DNA of 62,692 bases, the filler included. It is 9 parts of 9 records of this genome, joined end to end, with 100 filler letters (N's around TTAATTAATTAA, not from the genome) between each part and the next. Parts side by side here need not be neighbours in the genome. Positions count along the whole stretch, not along the records: positions 5,312 to 14,951 come from SRR31147125_176167; positions 15,052 to 20,152 come from SRR31147125_176402; positions 20,253 to 27,282 come from SRR31147125_177193; 6 more parts are not named here. One strand, given 5' to 3'. Position 1 is the first letter of the stretch; the number at the start of each line of letters is the position of its first letter. Of this stretch, positions 11,701-23,708 are shown in pieces. The translations under genes were made by a program, and so were the position numbers. Under the pieces are notes generated by a model. That model worked only from the letters and a program-made list of their open reading frames with translations, did not search any database and was not told the DNA's origin.

Positions 11701-14700
11701 TTCGACAGATCACGAGGTTGATGCAAGAGAGTAACGAAGAAATGACTACTCGTCTTGAAGAATTCAATGTGGCTCTAGCGGAGAACGTCTCGCTGCGTCA
11801 AGAACTTGTTGCTCTTGAAACACGACTGCGTGAAGCGCAGACCGAAGCGGTTGGAGACCCCGAGGAGGTTCAGAGGATACAGGGCCAGTTGGCGACCGAG
11901 CGAGCCGCCACCGCCGACAAATTGGCTTCCCTGCTAGAACGGGTGGAAGTATTTGAAACGCAGCTCGCTAATGTGCATGCTGAGCTTGATGAGACCAAGA
12001 AAGAACGGGATCGGCTCCGCAAACAGCGCGACGCACAGTGGAAGAGCAATGTTCGCCTAACAAAACGGGTGCCCTCTGCCGAAGGAGAGGTGCGGATTGC
12101 TCATGTGCGCATTCTTCGCTCGCACTTACATTCCAATTGACAAAGGCTGGGAGTGAATCTCCTCTGGCTGTGGAGCTGGATCTGGCTAAGGAGGAGGTGG
12201 CAGCCTTGAAGGCAAATGCCACTCTTCTCGAGGCATCCTTGCACGAGGCGAAAGTAGCTGCCGATACGTGCCAGGAGCAACAATCCCGCATTGCTTCCCT
12301 TGAACAGCAATCTTGTGATCTCAGGGCCGAGTTGCATGCGACTCAGGAAGCAAAGTCTGTTGTGGAAGATCAACGAAACGCACTTCAGCGTGAGCGTGAC
12401 GCCATGAAACGACAGCGTGATGCCGAGTGGAAGAATAGCATGCGTCTATCCAAGCAACTCCCACCCAAGGGACTCCTGGAGCAGATTGACGGATACATTC
12501 GGATGGAACGCGTTCAACTTGTTCAAGAGAAGGAGAGAGAGGTGGAACTCGTACGTCAACAATCGTTGATGAAGATGGAGGAGCAGGAAGAGGGGCACAC
12601 CAAAGCCCTCAAAGAGATGGCAAAGAGTGTTGAACGTTTGATGGCAGAAGAGAAAAGCGAGCTAACGCGGCGAATGGAGGAGTTACACGATGCGCACCTT
12701 GTGTTGGAGAGGCAGAAGGAGGAGCTTCGTGTATCAAATGAGGAGAACGCGCGACTACACGAGAAGTTGAGCACGTTGGAAGCCTCGTATCCTCCACCCA
12801 CCTCTGGAAGTGATGAGGAATGTGAAGTTCTACGTGCCCAGATCGTCTCCTTGCAACAAGAGCTGAGTGAGCGGCCCAAGAAACAACGACATCCCGAGGA
12901 GTGGAAGGCAGAGAGTAGTCTTCGACTATCCAAGTTGTCGTCTCGTGACATTCTTCGACAAATGGAGTCATTCATGAATGAAGAACGAGGACGCATGCAA
13001 GAGGAGAAGGAGAGTGCTGTGCGACTGGCTCGGCGTGAGTCTCTTGCCCGGCTTGAGGAATCAGAGGCGCACCGTGTTCGAGACGTGAACGCCCTGAGCC
13101 GTGAGGTTGAGAATCTACTTCAGAAAGGGGTGAGTTGACGATGGCGATGTTGATGTTGATGCTGTTGTTGTTGTTGTTAGTGGTGGTGCTCACACTCACA
13201 CGTACCAGAACACGGAACTCACAGAGGCCAAGTCTCGTATCCAAGAACTTGAAGTGCAACTTGAAATAGCACGTACCACGCGTGAACAAGGCAATGATGA
13301 GGATTTCGAAGTATTGATGGAGGAGAATGTAATTCTGAAGGAGCAAGTAGCCTTGCTGGAGGAAGAACTCTCAGGACTCCAGGAACGGGAACACAGGACG
13401 AGAGAGGAGGGCCTGAAAGGAGAAAACGGTGTGCACAAATAGTTTGTTGGTTCTTGAGATGATTGCGCTGATACCTGTTTGGGGTGCACAGATCTTCTTC
13501 GCGAAAAGATCGCGGTACTGGAAAAGCAGCTTGAGACAACGGACACGAGCATTCAAGCCGAAGTGGAGCTTCTTCGTGCCGAGCGCGAGGCCATGGTTTG
13601 TCTTGTCCTTCAGCGTTTGCAAATACTCACCGTTGGGGGGTACAGCTACACGCTGATGGGGAAGGCGCAGAATCCCCGACCGATGAGATGAAAAAGAACC
13701 AACAACACGAGGAGGTCACTGTGATCATGTCGGAACTAGAGGTAACCAAGATGTTGGACTCATCGCTCAAGGAGCTCTTGGGACGCATTGAGAACGATAG
13801 CCAAGCCGTCCGCATGGCGTCGAATACTGCGGGTCTTTCGGAAAACGAGCTCACGCAACTCCAGACACTGATTACCGCGCTGGAGGCGGATAAGGAACGC
13901 CTTATTGAAAAGAACAATGCATTGCAAGCTACCATTTCCTCGAGGGGGGACCATACGGGTCAGCGCGAAGAAGAGCTTGAACTTCTCTATGCGGAGCGTG
14001 AACGACTGTTGGGGATGTTCGGTTCTGCACTTGACTCCCCCGAGGAGGCTGCGCGCATGTTACAAGAATCTGCACAGCGTGAAGCCGAAGTTGAAGAGCT
14101 CCGTCTGGAATTGGAGGAGGCTTCCCTGCGTGTAACACGGGCAGAGGAAGGGCTTGCCGCGCTTGAGCGAGAGAAAGCTGAGGCGTCAAATCAGGCGATC
14201 ATTTCCGAGATGAACCTTCGTGTAGAAACTCTGGAAAAGGAGTTGGCAGAGAACTTGGAACGGCTTCTTGGGCTTGAAGAGGAGAAACTGGAGTGGGAGG
14301 AGGAACGCGAAGCCCTTTTTGTGGAACGAGAGAAGTTGTTGCAGGAGAAGATCGATAGCAGTGCGGTCGCGTGTGTTGTATCCCAGAAGGAATTCGCCGA
14401 ACAACGGGAACAGCTGAACGAGGTTCACAAAACGTGTCAGCGAATTGAGCAGGAGAAGGAAGAGTTGTGGAAGGAACGAGACCAGCTCGAAGACGGAATG
14501 AAAGCCAAGGAAGAAGAGCTTGTTGCCACGAAACAGGAAGTGGAATCGATGAAGGAAGAGTTGGACCGGATACGGAGGGAAATGACTGCGCTTATGAAGC
14601 GTGTAGTGTCTGAGGACGTGCGAGAGGCTCGAGATCACGCGGATGATGTATTGAAGACTCGTGGAATTGCACTTGCACCCCAAGAAGGAGATTTTGCTCT

Positions 14701-14951
14701 TCGGCAGCGTGCTTTGCGGGTATGTGGGCGCCACTGCACCGCATTTCCTTTTTCTTAACACGTTCACTTTGTAGTTGGAACGTGATAATGACCTCCTGAT
14801 CAAGGCCAGAGCGGAGATGCGTGCGGCCTTGGATGAAGAAGTGAAGAATGTCATTCTGCTTGGGCAGCGATCCGCTGAGCTTGAGGAGGACCTACGACGG
14901 GGCTCCACAGATTTAGAGGAGGCTCGCAATGAGATTGAAGTTCTTCGCCAT
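5706..14951 (+). CDS. very large eukaryotic coiled-coil protein, about 20 short GT-AG introns, 3'-partial
   Basis: Successive E/L/R/K/Q-rich heptad ORFs join in frame after removing introns such as 6182-6231, 6308-6364, 6608-6661, 7139-7185, 8728-8785 and 9846-9901. The start at ATG 5706 is tentative. Confidence 0.8.
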
Positions 14952-15051
14952 NNNNNNNNNNNNNNNNNNNNNNNNNNNNNNNNNNNNNNNNNNNNTTAAT
15001 TAATTAANNNNNNNNNNNNNNNNNNNNNNNNNNNNNNNNNNNNNNNNNNNN
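14952..15051. other. artificial contig linker
   Basis: N44-TTAATTAATTAA-N44. Confidence 0.98.
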
Positions 15052-15052
15052 T

Positions 15053-15226
15053 GACATGAAACTGGTCATGAGCCTGTCGGAAAAAATCTATGTGGTGGAT
15101 TACGGAAAAAAAATCGGAGAAGGTACCCCCGAAGAGATCCGAAACAATCCGGTAGTGATCAAAGCCTATCTTGGTGAAGAAATCGATGATCTCAACGCCA
15201 ATGGAAACGGACAGGCGGCCCAATAG
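15053..15226 (+). CDS. livG: branched-chain amino acid ABC transporter ATPase LivG, C-terminal fragment
   Basis: Translates [41 protein letters not shown]..., directly upstream of livF. Confidence 0.85.
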   Translation, partial: DMKLVMSLSEKIYVVDYGKKIGEGTPEEIRNNPVVIKAYLGEEIDDLNANGNGQAAQ

Positions 15227-15254
15227 GATTTTGAAAAGAGGAGTTTCAAACAAC

Positions 15255-15962
15255 ATGCTAAAACTTAGAAACATTCAAGCCTATTACGGTAACATCCAGG
15301 CGTTGAAGAACATCGATATGGACGTGGAGGAAGGGGAGATCATCTCTCTCATCGGCGCCAACGGTGCCGGTAAATCCACGACCCTCATGACCATCTGCGG
15401 GGTGGTTCCGGCCCGGCAAGGCGAAATCCTCTTTGAGGGTCAAAATATCACCAATATGACGCCGGATAAAATCGTGCATCTGGGGATCAACCAAGTCCCT
15501 GAGGGGCGTCACATTTTCCCTTACCTCACGGTCACCGAAAACCTCGATATGGGGGCATTCCTCCGAAACGATACCGAGGAAATCAAGCGGGACATGGAAT
15601 ATATCTTCGAACTCTTTCCCAGGCTTGCGGAGCGACGCCACCAGGCCGGCGGAACCTTGAGTGGCGGCGAGCAGCAGATGCTGGCCATCTCCCGCGCCAT
15701 CATGACCCGTCCCCGGTTGCTGCTCTTGGATGAGCCGTCCCTGGGGCTGGCTCCCATTGTAACGCGTCAAATTTTCCAGATCATCCGGAAAATCAATCAG
15801 GAGAACAAAACCACCATCTTCCTGGTGGAGCAAAATGCCAATCTGGCCCTTCACATTGCCCATCGCGGCTATGTCATGGAGAATGGCGCCATCACCATGA
15901 CCGACACCGGCCAAAATCTGTTGATCAACGAAGATGTGAAAAAAGCCTATCTCGGCATCTAA
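15255..15962 (+). CDS. livF: branched-chain amino acid ABC transporter ATPase LivF
   Basis: Motifs GANGAGKST, VPEGR, LSGGEQQM, LLLLDEPSLGLAP, VEQN and AYLG. Confidence 0.93.
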   Translation: MLKLRNIQAYYGNIQALKNIDMDVEEGEIISLIGANGAGKSTTLMTICGVVPARQGEILFEGQNITNMTPDKIVHLGINQVPEGRHIFPYLTVTENLDMGAFLRNDTEEIKRDMEYIFELFPRLAERRHQAGGTLSGGEQQMLAISRAIMTRPRLLLLDEPSLGLAPIVTRQIFQIIRKINQENKTTIFLVEQNANLALHIAHRGYVMENGAITMTDTGQNLLINEDVKKAYLGI

Positions 15963-16048
15963 CGGGACCCCACAACCCAAACGCCGCTCCCCATTTTCTT
16001 GTCTTTTTGCCAAGAATTGAGGATGAAGGCACGAATGATTCGAATTTC

Positions 16049-17038
16049 ATGGACAAACGACTTCAGACAGGTATTCAAGAGGGGGAGACGGGGATGGTCA
16101 GGCTATCTCTGGCTCATGAAGATCCTCACCCCCATCTCCCTGGGGACAGCCCTTTTCATCCATTCCGGTTGGTTATACACCATCGATTTTCTCATCGAAC
16201 CGGCCATGGGCCTGTTTTCCCTACCGGCTTCGGCAGCAATTCCTCTCATTGCAGGAATCTTTACCGGGATATACGGGGCTGTCGGAGCGATGTCGGCCCT
16301 GTCTCTTTCTCCGGATCAGATGACACTCATTGCCGTATTTCTTCTCATCTCCCACAATGTGATCCAGGAAAGTATCGTCCAGGGTCAATCCGGACTCAAC
16401 GCCTTTACGGCTGCGGGGTTTCGACTGATCATGTCCATCATCGTCACCTACATCGCGTCCCTGTTTCTTCAGCCCGAATCCGTAACGGCTACGGCTGCAG
16501 TATCAGCGCCTACCGTCTCCAAAGCAGCGACAGTTGCGGTTGCGTCGGCAAGTACATTCGGCGCAATGCTGATTCAGTGGGGAAAGGATTTTTCTATCTT
16601 GCCCTGCAGATATTTTGCATCATCATGCCGCTGATGGTGGTTCTGGAGACCATGAAAGCGTTTGATTTGATTCACCACATGGTCAAAGCCACCGCTCCCG
16701 TCCTTTCCATCATGGGATTGAGCCGGGCCACCGGCGTTCTCTGGCTGACGGCGGCGGTATTCGGCTTGACTTACGGTGCCGCCGTGATTGTGGAGGAGAC
16801 ACGCCATCACACCTTTTCCAAAGATGAGCTGATGCGTCTTCATCTCTCCATAGGGATCAACCATGCCATGATTGAAGATCCTGCTTTGTTCCTCCCCCTT
16901 GGGATTCCCCCGTTCTGGCTCTGGATTCCCCGTCTCACTGCGGCGATTGCCGCCATCTACCTCATTCTCTTTATCAACGTTATCAGGAGATTCCATGCTG
17001 GGCGAACTGGCCATAAAAAATTTTGCAATCATCGATGA
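16049..17038 (+). CDS. nucleoside-recognition (Gate) domain membrane protein, frameshifted in the assembly
   Basis: Two hydrophobic halves in ORFs 15999-16634 and 16007-17038 (ISHNVIQE; FGLTYGAAVI..E; INHAMIED). Frame breaks lie near a G run (~16080) and a T run (~16590). Confidence 0.65.
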   Translation: MDKRLQTGIQEGETGMVRLSLAHEDPHPHLPGDSPFHPFRLVIHHRFSHRTGHGPVFPTGFGSNSSHCRNLYRDIRGCRSDVGPVSFSGSDDTHCRISSHLPQCDPGKYRPGSIRTQRLYGCGVSTDHVHHRHLHRVPVSSARIRNGYGCSISAYRLQSSDSCGCVGKYIRRNADSVGKGFFYLALQIFCIIMPLMVVLETMKAFDLIHHMVKATAPVLSIMGLSRATGVLWLTAAVFGLTYGAAVIVEETRHHTFSKDELMRLHLSIGINHAMIEDPALFLPLGIPPFWLWIPRLTAAIAAIYLILFINVIRRFHAGRTGHKKFCNHR

Positions 17039-18739
17039 TATCCGAATCACCTTTTCCGGCGGCCTTTCCGTGCTCACCGGTGAGACCGGTGCCGGTAAAT
17101 CCATCATCATCGAAGCGGTCAACCTGCTTTTGGGGGGACGTGCCTCCTCCGACCTGGTGCGAACCGGTGAAAAGCAAGCGGAACTCGAAGCATTCTTTCC
17201 CATTGAGTCAGACTCGGGTGCCGCACGGATCATGGAAGAAAACGACATGGACCCCTCGGAAGGGCTGATGATTCGACGGATCATTTCCCTGAACGGCCGC
17301 CATCGTATCTACATCAACTCCAGGCAATCCACCATTCAGTTTCTCAAGGAAGTGACCCGGAATCTGGCTTCCATCTCCAGTCAGCATGCCCATCAGGGAC
17401 TGTTGAACCAAGAGAATCACCTGGACATTTTGGACAGCTTTGCCGGGGTGTGGCCTCTACGGGGCAAAGTAAGCGCCCTTTATGGAGAGCTCTCGCCCCT
17501 CATCAAAAAACTGACGCAACTGAAATCCGGAATCGAGAAAACCCGGGAAGAAAATACCTTCTTACGGTTTCAGATGGAGGAAATCGAACAGGCACAGATC
17601 CAGCCCAATGAAGATGAACTTCTGGAGGCGGAAAAGACCCGGTTGAAAAGCGGGGCTGAAATTTACGAAACCCTTCATGCCGCCATTGACGACATCTACA
17701 CCCGTGAGGGATCGGTACTGGAGCGATTGGGAACCATTCGATCCGGCCTGGAGAAGCATGCCGATGCCGACGCGGGACTGGGGCCCATGGCCGACACCTT
17801 GTCTCGTTCCATGCTGGAGCTGGAAGATCTGACCCATGAGCTCAGACGCCATGGGGATGCCATCGATCTCACCCCCGACCTTCTTGAGGCAGCCGAGGCC
17901 CGCCTGGACCTTATCCAGAAATTAAAGCGAAAATACGGCGGTACCGGAGCCACCCTGGCGGGGTTGTTTCAGCGCTATGAAGAGCTGAAGGCCGCCATTT
18001 CCGGCACGGAAAACATAACGCAGCAGATTCAAGAGATGGAAAAAGGGCTGAAGCGCTATCCGGGAAACTGCGAAAAGAGGCGTTTCGACTTTCAGAATTC
18101 AGAAAAAGAGCCGCCAAAAAACTGGGAAAACTGGCGGAGAATGAGCTCAAAGCACTGGAGATGGATAACACTCGCTTTGAAATTGCCCTCACCCAGACCC
18201 CGACTGACGCACAAGAGGAAAAGAGCGCAAAGCGTCCCTCTCCCCCTTCCGGTACGTCTTTACTGTCGGTGGAGGGTAAAAAAATTTATGCCGACGGCAT
18301 TGATCGCGTCTCATTTCTTATGGCACCGAATCCCGGTGAAGCACCTCGCCCGCTGAATCGGATCGCCTCCGGAGGGGAGCTCTCCAGGGTGGTGTTGGCG
18401 CTGAAAGCCATTTTATCCGAGACGGAACCGGTGGGAACCCTGGTGTTCGACGAAGTGGACTCCGGCATTGGTGGGCGTACCGCCGACAAGGTGGGAATTA
18501 AATTGAAAAGTCTTGCCGATGAGTATCAGCTGCTCTGTATTACCCACCTGGCCCAGATCGCCAGGTTTGGGACTCATCACTACAAAATCGAGAAAAAAGT
18601 GGTGAAAAATAGAACCTCCACCATCATCACCCCTTTGACGAAAAAGGAAGAGCGCATTGAGGAAATCGCTCGAATGATGGGCGGAAGTCATCTTTCTCAG
18701 GCAACGTTGGATCACGCTGCAGAGATGTTGGACATCTGA
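16995..18739 (+). CDS. recN: DNA repair protein RecN (one frameshift near 18045)
   Basis: Motifs MLGELAIKNFAII, TGETGAGKSII, NPGE..RPL..IASGGELSR, FDEVDSGIGG and ITHLAQIA. The break falls in an AAAAAGGG run. Confidence 0.93.
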
Positions 18740-18863
18740 CGCAGAACCCATTCAGCGTGAAAGAGTGACATTGCGTCGTATAGAAGAGGCCAGTCCGCAC
18801 TTTGACCGGCCCTAGGGCCATGAGTACCACATCCGCTTAAAACGCCCATCCTCCTTTTTTATT

Positions 18864-20152
18864 CTACCATCGATGGTTTTTGATCTCGTAGCGCTGGGTG
18901 GCTGAATTGAGGGTCTCTCTGAAAACAAACCCCTCACAATCTTCATTCAATACTTTCTGGTTGTATCGAAATTGAATGATCGTTCCTGCGGGTAGAAGGG
19001 TACTTCTGACGTTCAATTCCGGCACTTCCGGTTCCGATTCATAGAAATGACGGATCTCATCTTCGACTTGGTCCCGCTTTTCAATCACCTGGTTGCGCTT
19101 TTTCTGGAGCGCCTTTATCTGATTGGCATTCTGCATGAAAACAGCACCATACTCATCGATATTGGCACTGTATTGCTTCTCCTTCTGCCGTTTCAGCAAT
19201 CGAAGTTCCGCAATCTTATCCAAATCACTCTTGGTTCTTTGCCGCTTGATCCGTGATTTGATTTCCTCATCAATGGCGGCAATATCCTTTTTTTCAATTT
19301 TATCGAAAAGGGCTCTTGAGTTCTGTTGCAGAATCCTGATTTTCCCATCCAACTCGGAAATTTCGCTATTCAACGCTTCAATACCGGTTTTCTTTGCAAT
19401 GGCCTCCAATGAGTCTCCAACGACAAACTTACTCTTTTGGCCCACCACCACCTTCTTAAGAATTAGTCGATTTCGGGCACGAATCACGGAGGATACGATT
19501 TTTGCATCACTTATTTTCAATACATCATCGCTGGTGATAACGGAATCATATATTCTATTGAAGTCCGCCTGACGCCCTTTTGAAGGTAACTGAATGGTGA
19601 TACCCCGCTCCCCCGTCACCATGCAGTTCACAACCGATGAGAGGCCGATAGCGCCTTTGGCATGGATGTCGGCATCGATTGCCTCTTGAGAAATCTCAAC
19701 GGTTTCCGAGCAGGAGACCTTGCCGAAACACTTTTGGGCGGAAAGGGATCGGCAGCGAAGGCTCACGTCGGCGTGGACGCTTCCTTTTACATGGAAATCA
19801 CACGCATAAGCAATGGTTTCATCCGCTGAATGCCTATCGGGAGACAGTGAATCGACGTTACGATCAACCGATTCCCGCCCCTGTGGATCGAAGAGTTTCT
19901 TTTGCAAATCGCCTTGAATCACGACGTTGGATTGGACGGAAATCACATGTGTTGAAGATAATAAGGCCACCCCGTCACACGCGGCTTCAAATCGATCATC
20001 GTCGGTTTTCTCCACGTTTTCTCCCTTGATGATCGGTTGGTGAGCCACCAAGGGATGAGCCACCAGGCAGTTGTTTACATTGAGGCCGGATCTCCCTTTT
20101 TTCCTGTGCAGCGTGATGAGCACCGCTCCCTTTCGAACCAATGACGCCCCCC
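18864..20152 (-). CDS. FapA/DUF342-like protein, 5'-partial
   Basis: Beta-helix-like G/V-rich segments (VKGSV, ADIHAKGAI) followed by a coiled coil and a GT.I.F C-terminus. Confidence 0.6.
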
Positions 20153-20252
20153 NNNNNNNNNNNNNNNNNNNNNNNNNNNNNNNNNNNNNNNNNNNNTTAA
20201 TTAATTAANNNNNNNNNNNNNNNNNNNNNNNNNNNNNNNNNNNNNNNNNNNN
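20153..20252. other. artificial contig linker
   Basis: N44-TTAATTAATTAA-N44. Confidence 0.98.
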
Positions 20253-21031
20253 AGGCGGGCCTCCTGCGCGATGGTTTTGGCCAACAGTGCGGTCGCCATC
20301 GCATGATCCCACATGCGCTCTATGGAAACTCCCTTCAATTTCAGTTTATTGAACTTCTCGAAGGTACCGGAAGCCAGCACGATGGTCTGCACCAGGTCCA
20401 ATCCCAGCAGACTGACCGCCTTGGCGGGATTGGAAACCCTTTGAAGCAACCCGAAAAACGACGAATTGACCATCTTCAGGATCTTGGCCGTCAGGCCCGG
20501 ATCTTTGGAGATGATATCGCCGATCTCCTGAATCGAGCTATCCTCGGACTCGAGGGCCTTGACCAATTCCGCATAGAGGGTCGGCAGGCTGGGGAGCGAA
20601 CCGATACGGGCCGCCAGCTGTTTAAGTGGTTCATGCGCCAGGAGATCCCTCATTAAAAACGCTTTGGAGATCGTGCGCTTGAGATCATCGTCCTCGCATG
20701 GTTTGGCGAGGAATTGGTGGGCCAGATCCACTGTTTGCAGGGTGATGTCTCGATCGACATAGCCGGAGAGAATAATCCTGACCGTGTCCGGGTGTTGGTC
20801 CCGCACGGCGAATAGAAAGCCCGGACCGCTTTGACCACCTGTGAAGACCATCTCGGTGATCAACACATCCACCCCGCCCGGCGCCATGCTATCCAACGCC
20901 TCCTCGGGGCTGCCGGCAAAGCGCATATCCCACTGGTCACGCATGTTTCTGAAGCTGCGCTTCAGCGCTTTGCGAACATACTGCTCTTCGTCGACAAACA
21001 GTATCGATTTGGATTGATCGGCTTGTGACAT
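20253..21031 (-). CDS. response regulator receiver + HDOD domain protein, 3'-partial
   Basis: ILFVD..., RIILSG and AKP receiver features, then LPSLP, DPGLTAKILKMVNSSFFG and AVSLLG of HDOD. Confidence 0.88.
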
Positions 21032-21235
21032 AGTTGCGTGTTGACCGCTGAAATTATTTTAAATCTTGCATTTCAAGACGAAATCTTTAAAAATGCGCTG
21101 CCATATCCAATACATCGGCGGTTGGGGACATTCGCTTTAGTCATTATGCGTACATTGTCTCAATGATCGCATCCATGCCGATGCTCGGAAGAGGGCAGGT
21201 ATCGATGGGTTGACCCACCGTCCAAGGGGGAAACA

Positions 21236-21844
21236 TTGCTGGTCGCCGGCCTGACAGGCAACATCGCTTCGGGAAAATCGACAGTCGCTGATTCTTTGCG
21301 CCGGTCCGGCGCCTTGATCATCGATGCCGACCAGATTGCACACGAGGTGGTGGCAACGGGCCGACCGGCCTGCCGGGAGATCGCCAATCTTTTCGGAGAG
21401 GACATTCTGCTCCCGGACGGCAACATCGACAGGGAGAGACTGGGCACCCTGGTGTTCAATGACAGCGAGATGCGCCGGAGGCTCGAAGCCATTGTCCACC
21501 CACGGGTGAGCGCCGAAATAGACCGGCAGATGGCGGAGATCGCTAAAAACAGTCCCAAGGCCGTCGTGATCATGGATATTCCCCTGCTCTTTGAGACTGG
21601 CCGGACCGAGGGCCTTGCGGAGATCATCGTGGTCTATACCCCCGAAGCGCTCCAGCTCGAGCGACTGATGAGACGCAACGGCCTCGAACCGGATGAAGCC
21701 AAAGCAAGAATGGCATCTCAAATGCCCATGGATGAGAAAGTTGCCAGAGCCACCATTGTCATCGACAATAGCGGCACTCTGGACGACACGGAGCGGCAGA
21801 CCGTTGCCGTTTATCGTCAGCTGGCGCTCAGAGCCGGTAAATGA
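21236..21844 (+). CDS. coaE: dephospho-CoA kinase
   Basis: Motifs GLTGNIASGKSTV, IDAD, IDR..LG..VF, HP.V, DIPLLFE and SQM. TTG start after a G-rich RBS. Confidence 0.93.
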   Translation: MLVAGLTGNIASGKSTVADSLRRSGALIIDADQIAHEVVATGRPACREIANLFGEDILLPDGNIDRERLGTLVFNDSEMRRRLEAIVHPRVSAEIDRQMAEIAKNSPKAVVIMDIPLLFETGRTEGLAEIIVVYTPEALQLERLMRRNGLEPDEAKARMASQMPMDEKVARATIVIDNSGTLDDTERQTVAVYRQLALRAGK

Positions 21845-22024
21845 TTGTAGGATTTCAGACTGTAGTAGTATAACTTCAGTGAAGCAAACAATGCAATTTA
21901 ACTTTCAATTTGACAGCGCAACGATTATTGGCTAATGAAAAACAATGCATTTTCAGCGTTAATGTTGCGTTCAATTTCATAAAGACGATCAGCACTCACT
22001 CGATCTCACTCTCGGGATATTGAT

Positions 22025-22693
22025 TTGGGTATTGCAGCAGAGAAGCAAATCATCGCTGACGGGTACGAAGCGAACAGTAACCGCATGCTCTTCATGATGG
22101 CCGCGGCACTGGGCCGAAGAGACTCCTACACCCATGCCCATGCTCAGAGGGTATCCTCCTACAGCAGCCGCCTGGCAATCAGGGCCCAATTGAGTGGAGA
22201 AATTTTGCACCATATAGCACTTGGCGGCATGCTGCACGATGTTGGCAAGCTGGCGTTGAGTGACAACATCTTCAGCAACAAACAGGTGGGCCTGTCCGAA
22301 AAGATGTTGGGCGAGGTCCGCAGCCATCCCTTGATAGGCGCAGCCCTGCTGAGCCATATCCGCTGCAACAGCAACATATCCAATGCGGTACTGCTGCACC
22401 ATGAACGGATCGACGGCAGTGGATACCCCTTCGGCCTGCAAGGCACGGAGATTCCCCTGGCGGCAAAAATCGTCAGCGTGGCCGACTGCTTCGACGCCAT
22501 CACAACCGATCGGCCCTACCAGCGAAGAAAAACGTGCGACCACGCCTTCTCTATCCTTGAAGAGATGGCCGGCACCTGCCTGGACGACGAACTTGTGGTG
22601 CTGATGATCGAGGAGATCCAAGCCAACGGCAAGGAACCGATCGTGCCCAATCCAAGCAATTTGATCGTCACCTCATCACCGGGCAACACTTAG
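22025..22693 (+). CDS. stand-alone HD-GYP domain phosphodiesterase
   Basis: Motifs D.YT..H..RV, LHDVGK, HHER.DGSGYP, IP..A.I..VAD.FDA.T.DRPY. Start codon uncertain. Confidence 0.9.
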   Translation: MGIAAEKQIIADGYEANSNRMLFMMAAALGRRDSYTHAHAQRVSSYSSRLAIRAQLSGEILHHIALGGMLHDVGKLALSDNIFSNKQVGLSEKMLGEVRSHPLIGAALLSHIRCNSNISNAVLLHHERIDGSGYPFGLQGTEIPLAAKIVSVADCFDAITTDRPYQRRKTCDHAFSILEEMAGTCLDDELVVLMIEEIQANGKEPIVPNPSNLIVTSSPGNT

Positions 22694-22801
22694 CACCGCC
22701 CTTTACTTCCTAATCCTGAATCCTTCGAACGCCGATTTGGAATCCCTAAGTTCGGTTGACCGGAATGGTCAAAACGGTGGGTTATACGGGGTAGCAGTTC
22801 G

Positions 22802-23650
22802 TCAAACTGCCACCCGGATATTATCGATCAAGCGCGTGCGGCCCACTTTGACGGCCACAGCGATCAACACCTTTTCCTGCAAGACTTCCAGATCGGCCAG
22901 GGAGCGGGAATCCACTATCGACACATAATCGATGACAGCACCATCAATCTGCCGGATTGAGCGCTTTAAATAGTCGAGCAGCACAGATATATTGCGTTCG
23001 CCCTTTTCGATCAATTCTCTGGCACCAAACAACGCCTTGGAAATCAGGGGTGCCTGTGCCCTTTCCGCCTCGCTCAGGTAGGTGTTGCGTGAACTCATCG
23101 CCAGGCCGTCCGGCTCGCGGACCGTGGGGCAGGCCACGATCTCGATATCGAAATCGAGGTCCCTGGTCATCTGTTCGATAACAGCGACCTGCTGGGCGTC
23201 TTTCTGGCCAAAATATGCCCGGTCAGGTTCTACGATATTGAAAAGCTTGCTTACGATAGTAGCCACGCCGCGAAAATGGTTGGGGCGCGAACGCCCGCAG
23301 AGGGTTGCGGTCATCGGGCCCTCCAGGGAGACATAGGTGGTGAAGCCGTCGGGATAGAGCGCTTCGGCCGAAGGGAAGAAGGCCAGGTCGGTACCGGCAC
23401 CACGAAGCAGATTGAGGTCACGCTCGGTGTCCCTCGGGTAGGCGTCCAGATCCTCATTGGGGCCGAACTGGGTGGGATTGACAAAAACACTTACCACAAC
23501 GACATCGTTCGATTGGCGGGCGTTTTGAACGAGGGAGAGGTGACCCTCGTGGAGATACCCCATGGTGGGGACAAGACCCACGGTTTTACCTTCACTGCGG
23601 GCGGACTTCAATTGAGCGCGCAACTGATCGATTGCCTCTATGACCTGCAT
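22802..23650 (-). CDS. panC: pantoate--beta-alanine ligase
   Basis: Motifs VPTMGYLHEGH, FVNPTQF, RP.HF.GV, YFGQKD.QQ, RE.DGLAMSSRN and RLIDN. Confidence 0.96.
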   Translation of the reverse strand: MQVIEAIDQLRAQLKSARSEGKTVGLVPTMGYLHEGHLSLVQNARQSNDVVVVSVFVNPTQFGPNEDLDAYPRDTERDLNLLRGAGTDLAFFPSAEALYPDGFTTYVSLEGPMTATLCGRSRPNHFRGVATIVSKLFNIVEPDRAYFGQKDAQQVAVIEQMTRDLDFDIEIVACPTVREPDGLAMSSRNTYLSEAERAQAPLISKALFGARELIEKGERNISVLLDYLKRSIRQIDGAVIDYVSIVDSRSLADLEVLQEKVLIAVAVKVGRTRLIDNIRVAV

Positions 23651-23708
23651 GGCAATTTACCTATCCATATTTGAGGGTGTTTACGCTACACACGGTCGAC
23701 AAGGCCGG

